Source: an uncultured Spirochaetota bacterium
GTDB taxonomy: Bacteria; Spirochaetota; Spirochaetia; SZUA-6; CAVTHK01
Assembly (NCBI GenBank): GCA_963734495.1
Contig: CAVTHK010000011.1
Location: forward strand, 256,001-320,000
Direction: 5' to 3'
Length of the DNA stretch: 64,000 nucleotides
Shown: piece after piece, positions 48,983 through 58,792 of the stretch
Layout: each line of letters begins with the position of its first letter
Position numbering within the stretch: position 1 is the stretch's first letter
Position numbers and translations under genes: made by a program
Notes under the pieces: generated by a model
Databases searched by the model: none
Told to the model about the DNA's origin: nothing
The model's input: only the letters and a program-made list of their open reading frames with translations

Positions 48983-50611
48983 ATGATGGATGACGGCAAA
49001 GTGGACACGCTGGCAGCGCTGCTGCAGCAGAGCGTGGCGCGGTACGCCGGCCGGCCGGCGCTGAGCACCGTCGGGGGAGAGCCGATCACGTACGGCGAGC
49101 TGGGCGCTCGCGTCGCGGCTCTCTCCTCGCAGCTGCGGGCCTGCGGGATCGGTCCCGGCGATCCCGTGGCGCTTCTCGGCCGCAACATGCCCCTGTGGCC
49201 GGTCGCCTACCTGGCGATCGCCACGATGGGGGCCGTGGCGGTGCCGATCCTTCCCGATTTCTCCGAGGACGAGATCGGCAACATCCTGCGCCACAGCGGG
49301 AGCCGCGCGGCGTTCGTGTCGGTCCAGCAGCTCGGCCGGTTGCCGTCGATCGGCGGCGCCGTGCCGGTTCTGTTCAGGCTCGACGATGTCTCGCGGCTGA
49401 AAGGCGTCGACGCGGCGGGGCCGCGCGATGCCCCTCCTGTCCGCGGCGAGGACCTGGCGGCGATCATCTACACCTCCGGCACGACCGGCCGCTCCAAGGG
49501 CGTGATGCTGACCCACGCGAACCTGGTCTCCAACGTCAGGGCAACGGCGATCGCAGTCCCGATCCACGAGGACGATCGGCTCCTTTCCGTGCTGCCGCTG
49601 GCGCACACCTACGAGTGCACGCTCGGGCTCCTGATCCCGCTCATGTGCGGCGCCTGCGTGAGCTACCTCGACCGGCCCCCGTCGACGAGCGTCCTGCTTC
49701 CGGCTCTCCGGCAGGTGCGCCCCACGATGATGCTGACTGTGCCCCTGATCATCGACGGGATCTACAGAAAGTCGGTCCTCCCGCGATTTACCGGCAGCCC
49801 TCTGCTCCGGGCCGCCTATCGCCTCCCACCGGTCCGGCGGCTGCTCCATCGCGCGGCCGGCCGCAAGCTTCGCGCGACGTTCGGCGGCTGCCTGCGCTTT
49901 TTCGGCGTGGGCGGGGCCCCCCTGGCGGCCGACGTCGAGCGCTTTCTGCGCGAGGCTCGCTTCCCGTACGCCATCGGCTACGGCCTGACCGAGACCTCGC
50001 CGCTGATCGCGGGCTGCGAACCCGCGCTCACCCGTTTTCGCTCGACGGGGCCCGCGATCCCGGGCGTGGAGATCCGCATTGACGAAGTCGACCCGGCCAC
50101 CGGCGAGGGCGAGATCGTCGTGCGCGGGCCCAACGTGATGAAGGGCTATTTCAAAGACCCGGAGCGTACGGCCGAGGTGCTCGACAGCGAGGGGTGGCTC
50201 CGCACGGGCGACCGCGGCGTCGTGGACGCAAGCGGCTACGTGTTCATCCGGGGACGCAGCAAGACGATGATCCTGGGCCCCAGCGGAGAGAACATCTACC
50301 CCGAGGAGATCGAGGCGGTGATCAACGAGCATGACTTTGTCGAGGAGTCTCTCGTCTTCGAGTGGGAGGGAAAGCTGATCGCCCGCGTCCGGCTGGACTA
50401 CGAGCGGCTGCAGGAGAAGCTGCGCGTGGGCGCCGAGCAGCTCGCCCGCGACGCCGCGGCCCTGCTGCAGGACCTGCGCGGACGGGTCAACGGCAGGCTC
50501 GCCGCCTTTGCCCGGCTCGGCGAGGTCATCGAGCAGGTCGAGCCGTTCGAAAAGACGCCGACGCGCAAGATCAAGCGCTTCCTCTACGATCCGGGCGCCC
50601 GATCCCGCTGA
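48983..50611 (+). CDS. Long-chain acyl-CoA synthetase (AMP-binding)
   Basis: IYTSGTTGRSKG, LPLAH, GYGLTETSP, GPNVMKGY, RTGD, GENIYPEEIE, KTPTRKIKR. Confidence 0.92.
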   Translation: MMDDGKVDTLAALLQQSVARYAGRPALSTVGGEPITYGELGARVAALSSQLRACGIGPGDPVALLGRNMPLWPVAYLAIATMGAVAVPILPDFSEDEIGNILRHSGSRAAFVSVQQLGRLPSIGGAVPVLFRLDDVSRLKGVDAAGPRDAPPVRGEDLAAIIYTSGTTGRSKGVMLTHANLVSNVRATAIAVPIHEDDRLLSVLPLAHTYECTLGLLIPLMCGACVSYLDRPPSTSVLLPALRQVRPTMMLTVPLIIDGIYRKSVLPRFTGSPLLRAAYRLPPVRRLLHRAAGRKLRATFGGCLRFFGVGGAPLAADVERFLREARFPYAIGYGLTETSPLIAGCEPALTRFRSTGPAIPGVEIRIDEVDPATGEGEIVVRGPNVMKGYFKDPERTAEVLDSEGWLRTGDRGVVDASGYVFIRGRSKTMILGPSGENIYPEEIEAVINEHDFVEESLVFEWEGKLIARVRLDYERLQEKLRVGAEQLARDAAALLQDLRGRVNGRLAAFARLGEVIEQVEPFEKTPTRKIKRFLYDPGARSR

Positions 50612-50644
50612 CCGCGCGCCGCCCGGGAGCGCGGCCGGCCGCGG

Positions 50645-51484
50645 CTATCCCTTGACCGCGCCCGCGGTCATCCCGCTGATGAGCTGCTTCTGCACGAAGA
50701 AGAACATCACCACGACGGGCAGGGCGGCCACCACGCCGCCGGAGGTGAGCAGGCTCCACGTGATCTGGTACTCGCCGACCATGTTCTGAAGCGCGACCGG
50801 GATGGTGCGCACGCGGCTCGTGGTGAACACCGCCGCGTAGATGAACTCGTTCCAGGCCGTGATGAAGATGTAGATCGCCGTGGCCGCGATCCCCGGCGCC
50901 GCGATCGGGAACACGATGCGGACCATCGTGCCGAGGCGGCCGAGGCCGTCCATCTGGGCCGACTCGTCCAGCTCCGTCGGGATCGCCCGGAAGAAGCTCG
51001 TGAGCATCCAGGTTGAAAAGGGGATCGTGAAGGTCGAGTAGGCGATGATCAGCGCCGCGTGCGTGTCCATGAGGCCCAAAACGCGCATGATGATGAACAG
51101 CGGGATCAGCAGCAGCACGACCGGGAACATGTTGATGACGAGGAACTGCATCAGCAGCGGGCCGCGGAAGCGGAACCGGAAGCGCGAGAAGCTGTAGCTC
51201 GCGGTGAGCGTCAGCGAGAGTCCGAGCGCCGTGGTCCCCGAAGCCACGATCAGGCTGTCGCGGACGTTGCGGCCGAAGCGGATGTTCGCGAAGAGCCTCG
51301 CGTAGTTGTCCGCCGTCGGCCGGCGCGGGAAGTAGCGCACCTCGACGTTCAGGTCGCGCTCGGGCGTGATCGAGGTGATGAAGGTCCACACGTACGGGGC
51401 GATCGCGAACGCGACGATCCCGAGGACGGGGAGGTGGAGGCCGAGCAGCCTTCGCAGCCACCGCGCGCGCTTGCGCCGCTTCAT
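50645..51484 (-). CDS. Sugar ABC permease
   Basis: ELDESAQMDG, AWNEF, GMTAGAVKG. Confidence 0.9.
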   Translation of the reverse strand: MKRRKRARWLRRLLGLHLPVLGIVAFAIAPYVWTFITSITPERDLNVEVRYFPRRPTADNYARLFANIRFGRNVRDSLIVASGTTALGLSLTLTASYSFSRFRFRFRGPLLMQFLVINMFPVVLLLIPLFIIMRVLGLMDTHAALIIAYSTFTIPFSTWMLTSFFRAIPTELDESAQMDGLGRLGTMVRIVFPIAAPGIAATAIYIFITAWNEFIYAAVFTTSRVRTIPVALQNMVGEYQITWSLLTSGGVVAALPVVVMFFFVQKQLISGMTAGAVKG

Positions 51485-52365
51485 GTCACCCGCTCCGATC
51501 GCAGCACCTTGGCCACGTACCCGGCCACGAACGCCGCCAGCATGAGCGTGAGCACCATCGCGATCGTCGCCGCGTAGCCGAAGTCGAGCGCCTTGTACGC
51601 CTTGATGTAGGCGTAGAGCGGCAGCGTGTGCGTGGCATAGCCCGGTCCGCCGCCGGTCATCACGAAGATGATGTCGAGCGAGTTGGCCACCCAGATGATG
51701 CGCAGCAGCAGCGAGGTGAACAGCACCGGCACGAGCAGCGGCAGCGTGATCGCGAAGAAGCGGCGGACCGGGCCCGCCCCGTCGACCTCGGCCGCCTCGA
51801 GCAGGCTCCCGGGGATCGCCTGCAGGCCCGCCAGGATCATGATGGCGAAGAAGGGGAAGCCCTGCCACATCAGGGCCACCATGATCGCGGGCAGTGCCGT
51901 CGCGTTGTTCGCGAGGAACGGGAAATAGTGCCGCAGCACGCCGAGGCGCACGAGCAGGTCGTTGATGACGCCCTGGTTCCCGTCGTACATCCAGCGCCAC
52001 ATGAGCGCCGTGATCACCGAAGGCGTCACCCACGGGATGACGATCAGGCTGCGAGCGATGCCGCGCCACCAGAAGTCGCGATTGAGAAGGAGGGCCGCCG
52101 CGAAGCCCAGGGCGAGCTGGAGCGCGACCACTCCGACGATCCAGACGACGGTGTTGCGCGCCGAGATCCAGAAGACCTCGTCGCGGCCGGCCGCGGCATA
52201 GTTGGCCAGGCCGACGAACCCGTGCTCCTTCGGCTTGTAGAGCACGTAGCGCATGAAGCTCAGGGCCATCGTCTGTACGATCGGGATGAAGATGATGAGG
52301 ATCGTGACGGCGATCGCCGGTGAGATGAGCGCGTAGGGAAAGAGGTCCCGGCCGCGGCTTCTCAT
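51481..52365 (-). CDS. Sugar ABC permease
   Basis: IPWVTP, WQGFPF, LEAAEVDGA, TGGGP. Confidence 0.92.
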   Translation of the reverse strand: MRSRGRDLFPYALISPAIAVTILIIFIPIVQTMALSFMRYVLYKPKEHGFVGLANYAAAGRDEVFWISARNTVVWIVGVVALQLALGFAAALLLNRDFWWRGIARSLIVIPWVTPSVITALMWRWMYDGNQGVINDLLVRLGVLRHYFPFLANNATALPAIMVALMWQGFPFFAIMILAGLQAIPGSLLEAAEVDGAGPVRRFFAITLPLLVPVLFTSLLLRIIWVANSLDIIFVMTGGGPGYATHTLPLYAYIKAYKALDFGYAATIAMVLTLMLAAFVAGYVAKVLRSERVT

Positions 52366-52419
52366 GAGCCTCCCGAGAGCGAAACGGGGGCGGAGCCGGC
52401 CGGCCCCGCCCCGACGGCG

Positions 52420-53667
52420 CTACTTGCTTGCGAAGAGGTTCGCGAACGCCTGCATCATCTGGGCGCTCGTGATCTCGCCGTTGAAGGCCCGCTGCATCTG
52501 CGCCGGCCAGACGGACTCGACGAACTCGGCCACCTTGGGATGCGCGGGGAGCACTCCCGCAAAGGGGGCCGAATCGGTGGTCGCCTTCATGAAGCGGTCG
52601 GCCAGCGCCTCCCTGGTCTGGCCGTTGGAGATGTTGATGGAGACCTGGCCCGACGACTTCTGCCACAGCGCGTTGTTCTCGGCGGTCGCGAGGAACGACA
52701 TCCACCTGAAGGCCCCGTCCTTGGCCCTGGAGGCCGCGAGCATGCCGTTCTCCTCGTCACCGAAACTGGTCCACGCGCCCTTTGTGCCCCGGGGCACCGG
52801 GTACGCCGAGAGCTTGTCCCCCAGCACGGCGGCCAGGTCCTTGGCGCTGCCCAGGTGGTGGATCGTGGTCGCGGTCCTGCCCGACTTCATGTTGGCGATG
52901 ATCTCGGCAAAGCCGTCGGTCGGCGTCGTCGGAGGGCTCACCTTGTGCACGCGGTACATGTCGATGAACCACTGGTTGGCGGCGACGGCTTCGGGCGTGG
53001 TCAGCCCGGACTTGCCCGCCGCATCGAAGAACTGGGCGCCGCTCGAGAGCACGAACGTGCCCCACCAGTCGTGGCCGCCGCGCCCGCCGCGGATCCCGAA
53101 GCCGTAGACGTCCGGCGTGCCGTCGCCGCTGGTGTCGCGCGTGAGCTTCTTCGCGACCTCGAGGAACTCGTCGCGGGTGGCCGCGGGCTTCAGGCCCGCC
53201 GCCTGCATCATGTCGACACGGTAGTACATGTAGAGGATGACCATCTGCAGCGGCATCAGGTAGCGCTTGCCGTCGCCGTACCTGGTGAGCGCCCACACGT
53301 TCTCGTACACGTCGGTCTTTCCGGGCCATGCATCGACGTACGCGTCGAGCGGCGCGAGGGCGCCCATCTCGACGAGCTGCGGCTGCCACCACAGCTTGAT
53401 CTGCGACACGTCGGGAGGCGTCCCGCCCGAGATCGCGGTAACCAGCTTCTGGTAGTAGCTGTTCCAGTCGATGAACTCGGGCACCACCTTGATCGCCGGG
53501 TTCTCCTTCTGGAATTTCTCGACGAGGGGCGTGAGCGATACCTCGGGCTTGTCGAAGTGATACCAGAACCTCACGGTCTGCGGGCCTGCGGCCTCGCCCT
53601 GCGGCGTGGCGAAGCCCGCCCCCGCAGCCAGGAGAAGGACGGCGAAAATGAAGGCTGCACTTCTCAT
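52420..53667 (-). CDS. Sugar ABC solute-binding protein
   Basis: AGGAGG RBS; signal peptide; ISGGTPPDV, YYRVD, DGTPDVYGF. Confidence 0.9.
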   Translation of the reverse strand: MRSAAFIFAVLLLAAGAGFATPQGEAAGPQTVRFWYHFDKPEVSLTPLVEKFQKENPAIKVVPEFIDWNSYYQKLVTAISGGTPPDVSQIKLWWQPQLVEMGALAPLDAYVDAWPGKTDVYENVWALTRYGDGKRYLMPLQMVILYMYYRVDMMQAAGLKPAATRDEFLEVAKKLTRDTSGDGTPDVYGFGIRGGRGGHDWWGTFVLSSGAQFFDAAGKSGLTTPEAVAANQWFIDMYRVHKVSPPTTPTDGFAEIIANMKSGRTATTIHHLGSAKDLAAVLGDKLSAYPVPRGTKGAWTSFGDEENGMLAASRAKDGAFRWMSFLATAENNALWQKSSGQVSINISNGQTREALADRFMKATTDSAPFAGVLPAHPKVAEFVESVWPAQMQRAFNGEITSAQMMQAFANLFASK

Positions 53668-53748
53668 GGCAGTCCTCCTGTTTGCGGCGTCCCCCCAAGG
53701 GGGGTGACGCCTGTGATGAGGCCTTCCACGAAGGCCGTCGGGACCTCG

Positions 53749-54738
53749 TCAGACCTTGCGCCGGCGCCGTGCGGCGCCGTCGTCGCGCTTCTTGTCCCGC
53801 CTTGCGACCGCGCGGCGCGCGGCGGCGGCCACGGCCGCGGCGGTGAGGCCGTACTTCTCCAGGATCTCTGCGGGCTCTCCGCCCTCGCCAAAGACGTCGC
53901 GGACGCCGACCCTCTCCACGGGCGTCGGCTCGCGGCTCGCCAGGAGCTCGGCCACCGCGCCGCCGAGGCCGCCGAGGATCGAGTGCTCCTCGACCGTGAC
54001 GATCGCGCCGCAGTCGCGTGCCGCAGCCAGGACGGCGCGCTCGTCCAGCGGCTTGATCGTGTGCATGTTGATCACCCGCGCGCTCACGCCCCGCCGCTCG
54101 AGCGCGCCGGCCGCTTCCAGGGCGAGGGCCGCCATCCAGCCGGTGGTGATGAGCGCCACGTCCGTACCTTTGCACAGCACGTTGGCACGGCCGAGGACGA
54201 ACGGGTCGGCCGCCGCGGTGAGCGCAGGCGTCGGGATGCGCCCGAGTCGCACGTACACCGGCCCCACGTGCTCGGCGACGGCGAAGGTCGCCTTGTACGC
54301 CTCCGTCGCGTCGCAGGGAGCGACGACCGTCATGCGCGGAAGCACGCGCATCAGCGCGTAGTCGTCGATGCTCTGGTGCGTGGCGCCGTCGGCGCCGACG
54401 CAGATGCCGCCGTGGCTGGTGACGATCTTGACGTTCGCGTCGTTGTAGGCGACCGAGATCTTGACCGGCATGTTCGCCAGGCTCGTGGCGAACGTGGCGA
54501 ACGTGGTCGCGAAGGGGATCTTCCCGTTCATGGCGAGGCCGGCCGCGGTCCCCATCATGTCGTTCTCCGAGATGCCCATCTGGAAGAAGCGGTCCGGGAA
54601 CTCCTTTGCGAACCACAGGACGCGCACGGCGTCCGAAAGGTCCGCGGTGAGCGCGACCACGCGGGGGTCGGCACGGCCGAGATCGACGAGGGCGCGGCCA
54701 AAGCCGTCGCGTATCGGAGTCTTCTTGTCGAAGGTCAC
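53749..54738 (-). CDS. Transketolase C-terminal subunit (two-gene transketolase)
   Basis: ADL, FQMGISEN, G.DGATHQ, GPVYVRL, TIKPLD, EEHS..GGLG. Confidence 0.92.
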   Translation of the reverse strand: MTFDKKTPIRDGFGRALVDLGRADPRVVALTADLSDAVRVLWFAKEFPDRFFQMGISENDMMGTAAGLAMNGKIPFATTFATFATSLANMPVKISVAYNDANVKIVTSHGGICVGADGATHQSIDDYALMRVLPRMTVVAPCDATEAYKATFAVAEHVGPVYVRLGRIPTPALTAAADPFVLGRANVLCKGTDVALITTGWMAALALEAAGALERRGVSARVINMHTIKPLDERAVLAAARDCGAIVTVEEHSILGGLGGAVAELLASREPTPVERVGVRDVFGEGGEPAEILEKYGLTAAAVAAAARRAVARRDKKRDDGAARRRRKV

Positions 54739-55607
54739 AAGCCGTTCCTCTCCGCGGACGCGGGAAAGTCGCGAAAGACGTTCGAAGGCCCGAGCTCCTC
54801 GAGGGCCTTCGAGCACTGGTCGCGGCTCAGGGAGCCGCCATGCGAGGCGGCCGTGCCGGCCATAAAGGAGACGCCCCTGGCGATGGTCGTCCGCGCGACG
54901 ATGGCCTGGGGCCGCTCCTTCGGAGGCCGCGCCGCATCGAGGGCGCCCGTGACCGCCACAAGGTCGTGGCCGTCGATCTCACGGGCTTCCCAGCCGAAGC
55001 TGTCGAGCCGCTCCCGCAGAGGCTCGAGCCCCTTGATGCGGCTCACTTGACCGTCGATCTGGATGTTGTTCGCGAGCACCACCAGCGTGAGCGCGCCGAG
55101 CCGGTACTGCGCCGCGGTCATGAGCGACTCCCAGATGATGCCTTCCTGCATCTCGCCGTCGCCGACGAGGCAGACGACGCGGCTCTTCCGCCCGTCGAGC
55201 CGCAGCGCCAGCGCGATCCCGTTGGCCACCGAAAAGCCCTGGCCGAGCGGTCCGGTCGAAGTCTCCACCAGCCCCGGAAGGTGGCTGCGCGCGGGGTGGC
55301 CCTGCAGGCGGGAGCCGAGGAGGCGGAACGTGGCGAGCTCCTCGCGTGGGAGGAATCCGGCGAGGCTGAGCGCGGAGTACCAGCCGGCGCACGTGTGGCC
55401 GTTCGAGAGCACCAGTCGGTCCCTGTCCGGGTCGTCGGGCCGCTTCGGATCCGCCTTGAGCACGCCGCCGTAGAGCGCTGCAAAGATCTCGGCGGCGCCC
55501 ATGGCGCCTCCCGGATGGCCCGCTCCCGCGGCCGCCACCATCCGCACCGTGTCGCGGCGGATCTGCAGCGCCATCTGCGCGAGCCGGCCGAGGTCATACG
55601 CGCCCAT
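54735..55607 (-). CDS. Transketolase N-terminal (ThDP-binding) subunit
   Basis: GHPGG, DRLVLSNGH, LQGHP, TGPLGQG, GDGEMQEG..N; AAAGGGAGG RBS. Confidence 0.92.
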   Translation of the reverse strand: MGAYDLGRLAQMALQIRRDTVRMVAAAGAGHPGGAMGAAEIFAALYGGVLKADPKRPDDPDRDRLVLSNGHTCAGWYSALSLAGFLPREELATFRLLGSRLQGHPARSHLPGLVETSTGPLGQGFSVANGIALALRLDGRKSRVVCLVGDGEMQEGIIWESLMTAAQYRLGALTLVVLANNIQIDGQVSRIKGLEPLRERLDSFGWEAREIDGHDLVAVTGALDAARPPKERPQAIVARTTIARGVSFMAGTAASHGGSLSRDQCSKALEELGPSNVFRDFPASAERNGL

Positions 55608-56337
55608 CGCGCCTCCCTTTTTGCACATGCGGCAGCCGCCGCTGCCGCGACATCTCCATGTGGTGCGCCATCGCCCGGGCCGACCGCCGCCTCGTCGTGG
55701 GCCTGCACGGCTTTCACGATCCGACGATGCTCCCGGATCGTCCGTCGAAACGACGCGGGTCCGCCTCGAGGAAGTCCCGGTTCATGGCGATGATCTCGGG
55801 GGTGAGCAGGCTGATGAGGGAGAGCGCGACGTCGTTGCCGCAGGCACGGGCGACGGCCAGGTGGAACAGGTGGTCCTCTTCGAGCGCCCGCGCCCCGCGC
55901 CGCGCCCGCTCCTCGAACTCCTCGCCCGCCCGGCGGATCTCGGCGAGCTGCCGGCTCGATCCCCGGCGAGCCGCCATGCGGGCGGCGTGGACCTCCAGGA
56001 CCGCCCGCATCTCCATGAGCTCGCCGGCGTCTTCGTGGTCGTCGAGGTTGCGGATGGAGGCGATCAGGCCGGCGAGCGCCTTGCCGCCGATCCCGGCGAC
56101 GACCGTGCCGCTCTGCGGCCGCGTGCGGATGATCCCGTAGAACTCGAGCTTCTTGAGCGCCTTGCGCACGTAGCCCCGCGAGACGCCGTAGCGCTCGGCG
56201 AGCCGCCTCTCCGAGGGCATCTTGTCGCCGGCGGCCAGGGCGCCGCTCGCGATGAGATCGCGCAGTCGGTCGAGCAGCGCCGTCTCCGGGCCCGCGGAGG
56301 CCCGGGCGGGGGCGGACTTGCGCCTGGTTCCGGCCAT
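55594..56337 (-). CDS. GntR/FadR-family regulator (3' frameshifts near 55750 and 55675)
   Basis: GDKMPSERRLAERYGVSR..VR.AL, R.VLE, D.LFH, EHRRIV.A..HM. Confidence 0.88.
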
Positions 56338-56341
56338 GGCT

Positions 56342-56395
56342 CCCAACTGGTTAACCAGTTGGGGATAGCGTAGGCGCCCCCGGCCCCGCTGTCAA
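56342..56395 (-). promoter_or_regulatory. sigma70 promoter with perfect 22-bp FadR-type operator
   Basis: TTGACA-17-TACGCT then CCCAACTGGTTAACCAGTTGGG (56342-56363). Confidence 0.8.
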
Positions 56396-56439
56396 GGGAA
56401 TTCCCGGGGCGCCCGGGCGGAGCGCGCCGTCCGCGGCCT

Positions 56440-57510
56440 TTAGTAGAAGCCGCCCGCCTTGCGGGCCTTCTCCATGACGGCGACGCGGCGGCGGACGCTT
56501 TCGGGGGTGACCGCCTGCGGCCGGCCCTCGCGGATCGCGGCGTAGAGGGTCGCGTACAGGTCGAGGACCGGCTGCGCCGACGGCGTGCCGCCGGCTCCCA
56601 CGTCGGCCTTTCCCGGCGCCGTCCACGTGTCCGTCTGCCAGGGCAGCTTCTCGCTGTTGTAGCTGCGGTCGGGCGTGGGCTCGGTCGAGATCGGACGCGG
56701 GGGCATTTTCGACCAGTCGACCCATTTCCACTCCAGGCGGCCCGCGTCGCCCTTGAGCCCTCCCGCGGTGCCGCAGACCAGCCAGCGGTCCTGCCCGTAG
56801 GCCACGCAGTCCATGAGCTCGATCTCGACGGTCGGATGGCCCTTTCCGGTGAGGATGATCTTGAGGTAGTCCTCGGCGTCGCCGCTGCAGAGGCAGCGCC
56901 GCATCTCGCACCACACCTGGGGATCGCCGTCGCCGAAGAGCTCCATCGCGTGGTCGATCGGGTGAGGCCCATTGTTGTTGAGGGCCCCGCCGGAGAACGA
57001 AGTGAGCGTCTGCCAGTCCCAGCGGCGCTTGAAGCCGTGCCAGCAGATGCGCGCGAACTGGATCTCGCCGAGCAGGCCGCTCGCGCAGATCTCCATGACC
57101 TTGCGGAAGTCGGGCTCGAAGCGCCGCTGCTGGAACGGCTGCAGGACCCTCCCGGCCTTGCGGGCGGCCGCGATCATCGCGTCGACATCCGCGGTGACGA
57201 GGCCGAAGGGCTTTTCGCACAGCACGTGCTTGCCGGCCTGGAGCGCGGCGATCGCCATGGGGGCGTGATGAGCGTTCGGCGCCGACACGATGACGAGCTC
57301 CACATCCGGGTCGCCAATGACCTCGTCGGCAGACCTGTAGGCCCGGCATTCGAAGCCCTGCACGGCTTCCTGTCTGCGCGATTCCAGCGGGTCGGCGACG
57401 GCCACGAGCCGGAAGGTCTCCGGTTGATTGCGGATCGCCCGCGCGTGAATGTCCCAGCCGCTGCGGCCGAGCCCGACGATGCCCACAGCGATCGGCTTGT
57501 GCTTGCCCAT
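56440..57510 (-). CDS. Gfo/Idh/MocA oxidoreductase
   Basis: GLGRSG..H, AGKHVLCEKP, QRRFE.DF, GGAL..GPH.ID. Confidence 0.92.
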   Translation of the reverse strand: MGKHKPIAVGIVGLGRSGWDIHARAIRNQPETFRLVAVADPLESRRQEAVQGFECRAYRSADEVIGDPDVELVIVSAPNAHHAPMAIAALQAGKHVLCEKPFGLVTADVDAMIAAARKAGRVLQPFQQRRFEPDFRKVMEICASGLLGEIQFARICWHGFKRRWDWQTLTSFSGGALNNNGPHPIDHAMELFGDGDPQVWCEMRRCLCSGDAEDYLKIILTGKGHPTVEIELMDCVAYGQDRWLVCGTAGGLKGDAGRLEWKWVDWSKMPPRPISTEPTPDRSYNSEKLPWQTDTWTAPGKADVGAGGTPSAQPVLDLYATLYAAIREGRPQAVTPESVRRRVAVMEKARKAGGFY

Positions 57511-57674
57511 CGGTCACTCCTGGTGCAAAGGTCGCCCTCATCCGGGCGCCCCTCGATACTGCCACGGACCCGCGGCGTTGTCGACCGCGGGGACCGAAGG
57601 CGGAAGGCCGCAGATGATCGAGGAGGAGCTTGACAGTCCTGCGCCGCCGCCCTCCAACTGAACGAGGGGCCACC

Positions 57675-58781
57675 ATGGAACGAATGAACGTCGGCATCAT
57701 CGGGTGCGGCGCGATCAGCAGGACGTATCTCCGAAACAGGGACATCTGCCCGATTCTGGACGTGACGAAGGTGGCGGACATCTTCCCGGTCGTCGCGGAA
57801 GAGGCGGCCGCGGAATACGGGGTGGCGGCCGTGAGCGTCGACGCCATTCTCCGTGACCCGGACATCGAGCTGCTGATCGTCCTCACGCCGCCTGCATCCC
57901 ACCACGAGCTGTGCGTCAAGGCGATGCGGGCGGGCAAGCACGTCTACACGGAAAAGCCGATGGGCATCGATACGCGGCAGTCTTCCGAGCTCCTCGCCGT
58001 GTCCGAGCAGACCAGGAAGCGCCTCGGCTGCGCCCCCGACACGTTTCTCGCGGGGGCCCACCAGCACTGCCGGCACATGCTGGACTCCGGCGCGATCGGC
58101 AGGGTCTTCGCAGGACACGCGGTCTTTACCGGGTCGGCCTACCCGGGCAAGCAGTTCTTCGCGGACCCGGGAGCCGGCCCGATGTTCGACCAGGGCGTGT
58201 ACCTCGTCACCACCCTCGTGAACCTCCTGGGGCCGGTCAAGCGCGTCGCTTCGTTCAACGGCGCGGCGCTCGAGGCCTATCGGCATCCCGTCACGAGCGC
58301 CGACATGCAGATCAGGGTGCCCACCTGGTTCACGGGGATACTGGAGTTCGGGTCCGGGGCGGCGGTGACCATGCTCAACGCATGGGGAATCAAGGAGCCC
58401 TACGGCCCGCATATCGACCTCTATGGAACGACCGGAGCGCTGTACGTGCCCGATCCTAACCAGCCGCGCGCCATAGAGTCCTTTACCATCACCCGAGGCG
58501 GAAAGCTGCAGGGCAAGCCGGAGGAATGGACCAAAGAGACCGTGGCGGTGACCTTTCCGAACGCCGGCCGGAACCCGCGGATTCTGGGCGTCGGCGACAT
58601 GGCTCATGCCATCCGGTCCGGCCGCCCGCACCGCGCGTCGGGCGCCCTGGGGCACCACGTCGTCGAAGTCATGGAGAAGCTCACCTCCTCGTGCAGGACC
58701 GGAGTCATCGAAGCCATCACGAGCGACCCCGGACGCCCGCAGCCCGTCGATCCGAAACTCGGTGAAGGTATCTTCGAATAA
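57675..58781 (+). CDS. Gfo/Idh/MocA oxidoreductase
   Basis: GIIGCGAIS, AGKHVYTEKP, CAPDTFL, GPMFD.G.Y. Confidence 0.92.
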   Translation: MERMNVGIIGCGAISRTYLRNRDICPILDVTKVADIFPVVAEEAAAEYGVAAVSVDAILRDPDIELLIVLTPPASHHELCVKAMRAGKHVYTEKPMGIDTRQSSELLAVSEQTRKRLGCAPDTFLAGAHQHCRHMLDSGAIGRVFAGHAVFTGSAYPGKQFFADPGAGPMFDQGVYLVTTLVNLLGPVKRVASFNGAALEAYRHPVTSADMQIRVPTWFTGILEFGSGAAVTMLNAWGIKEPYGPHIDLYGTTGALYVPDPNQPRAIESFTITRGGKLQGKPEEWTKETVAVTFPNAGRNPRILGVGDMAHAIRSGRPHRASGALGHHVVEVMEKLTSSCRTGVIEAITSDPGRPQPVDPKLGEGIFE

Positions 58782-58792
58782 GGGAGAGCAGA

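Noticed and set aside
52540-55050. 836-aa plus-strand ORF (and similar 42220..44235, 40922..42799, 46277..48139, 9795..11279)
   Set aside because: Antisense shadows of well-supported genes; no recognisable motifs
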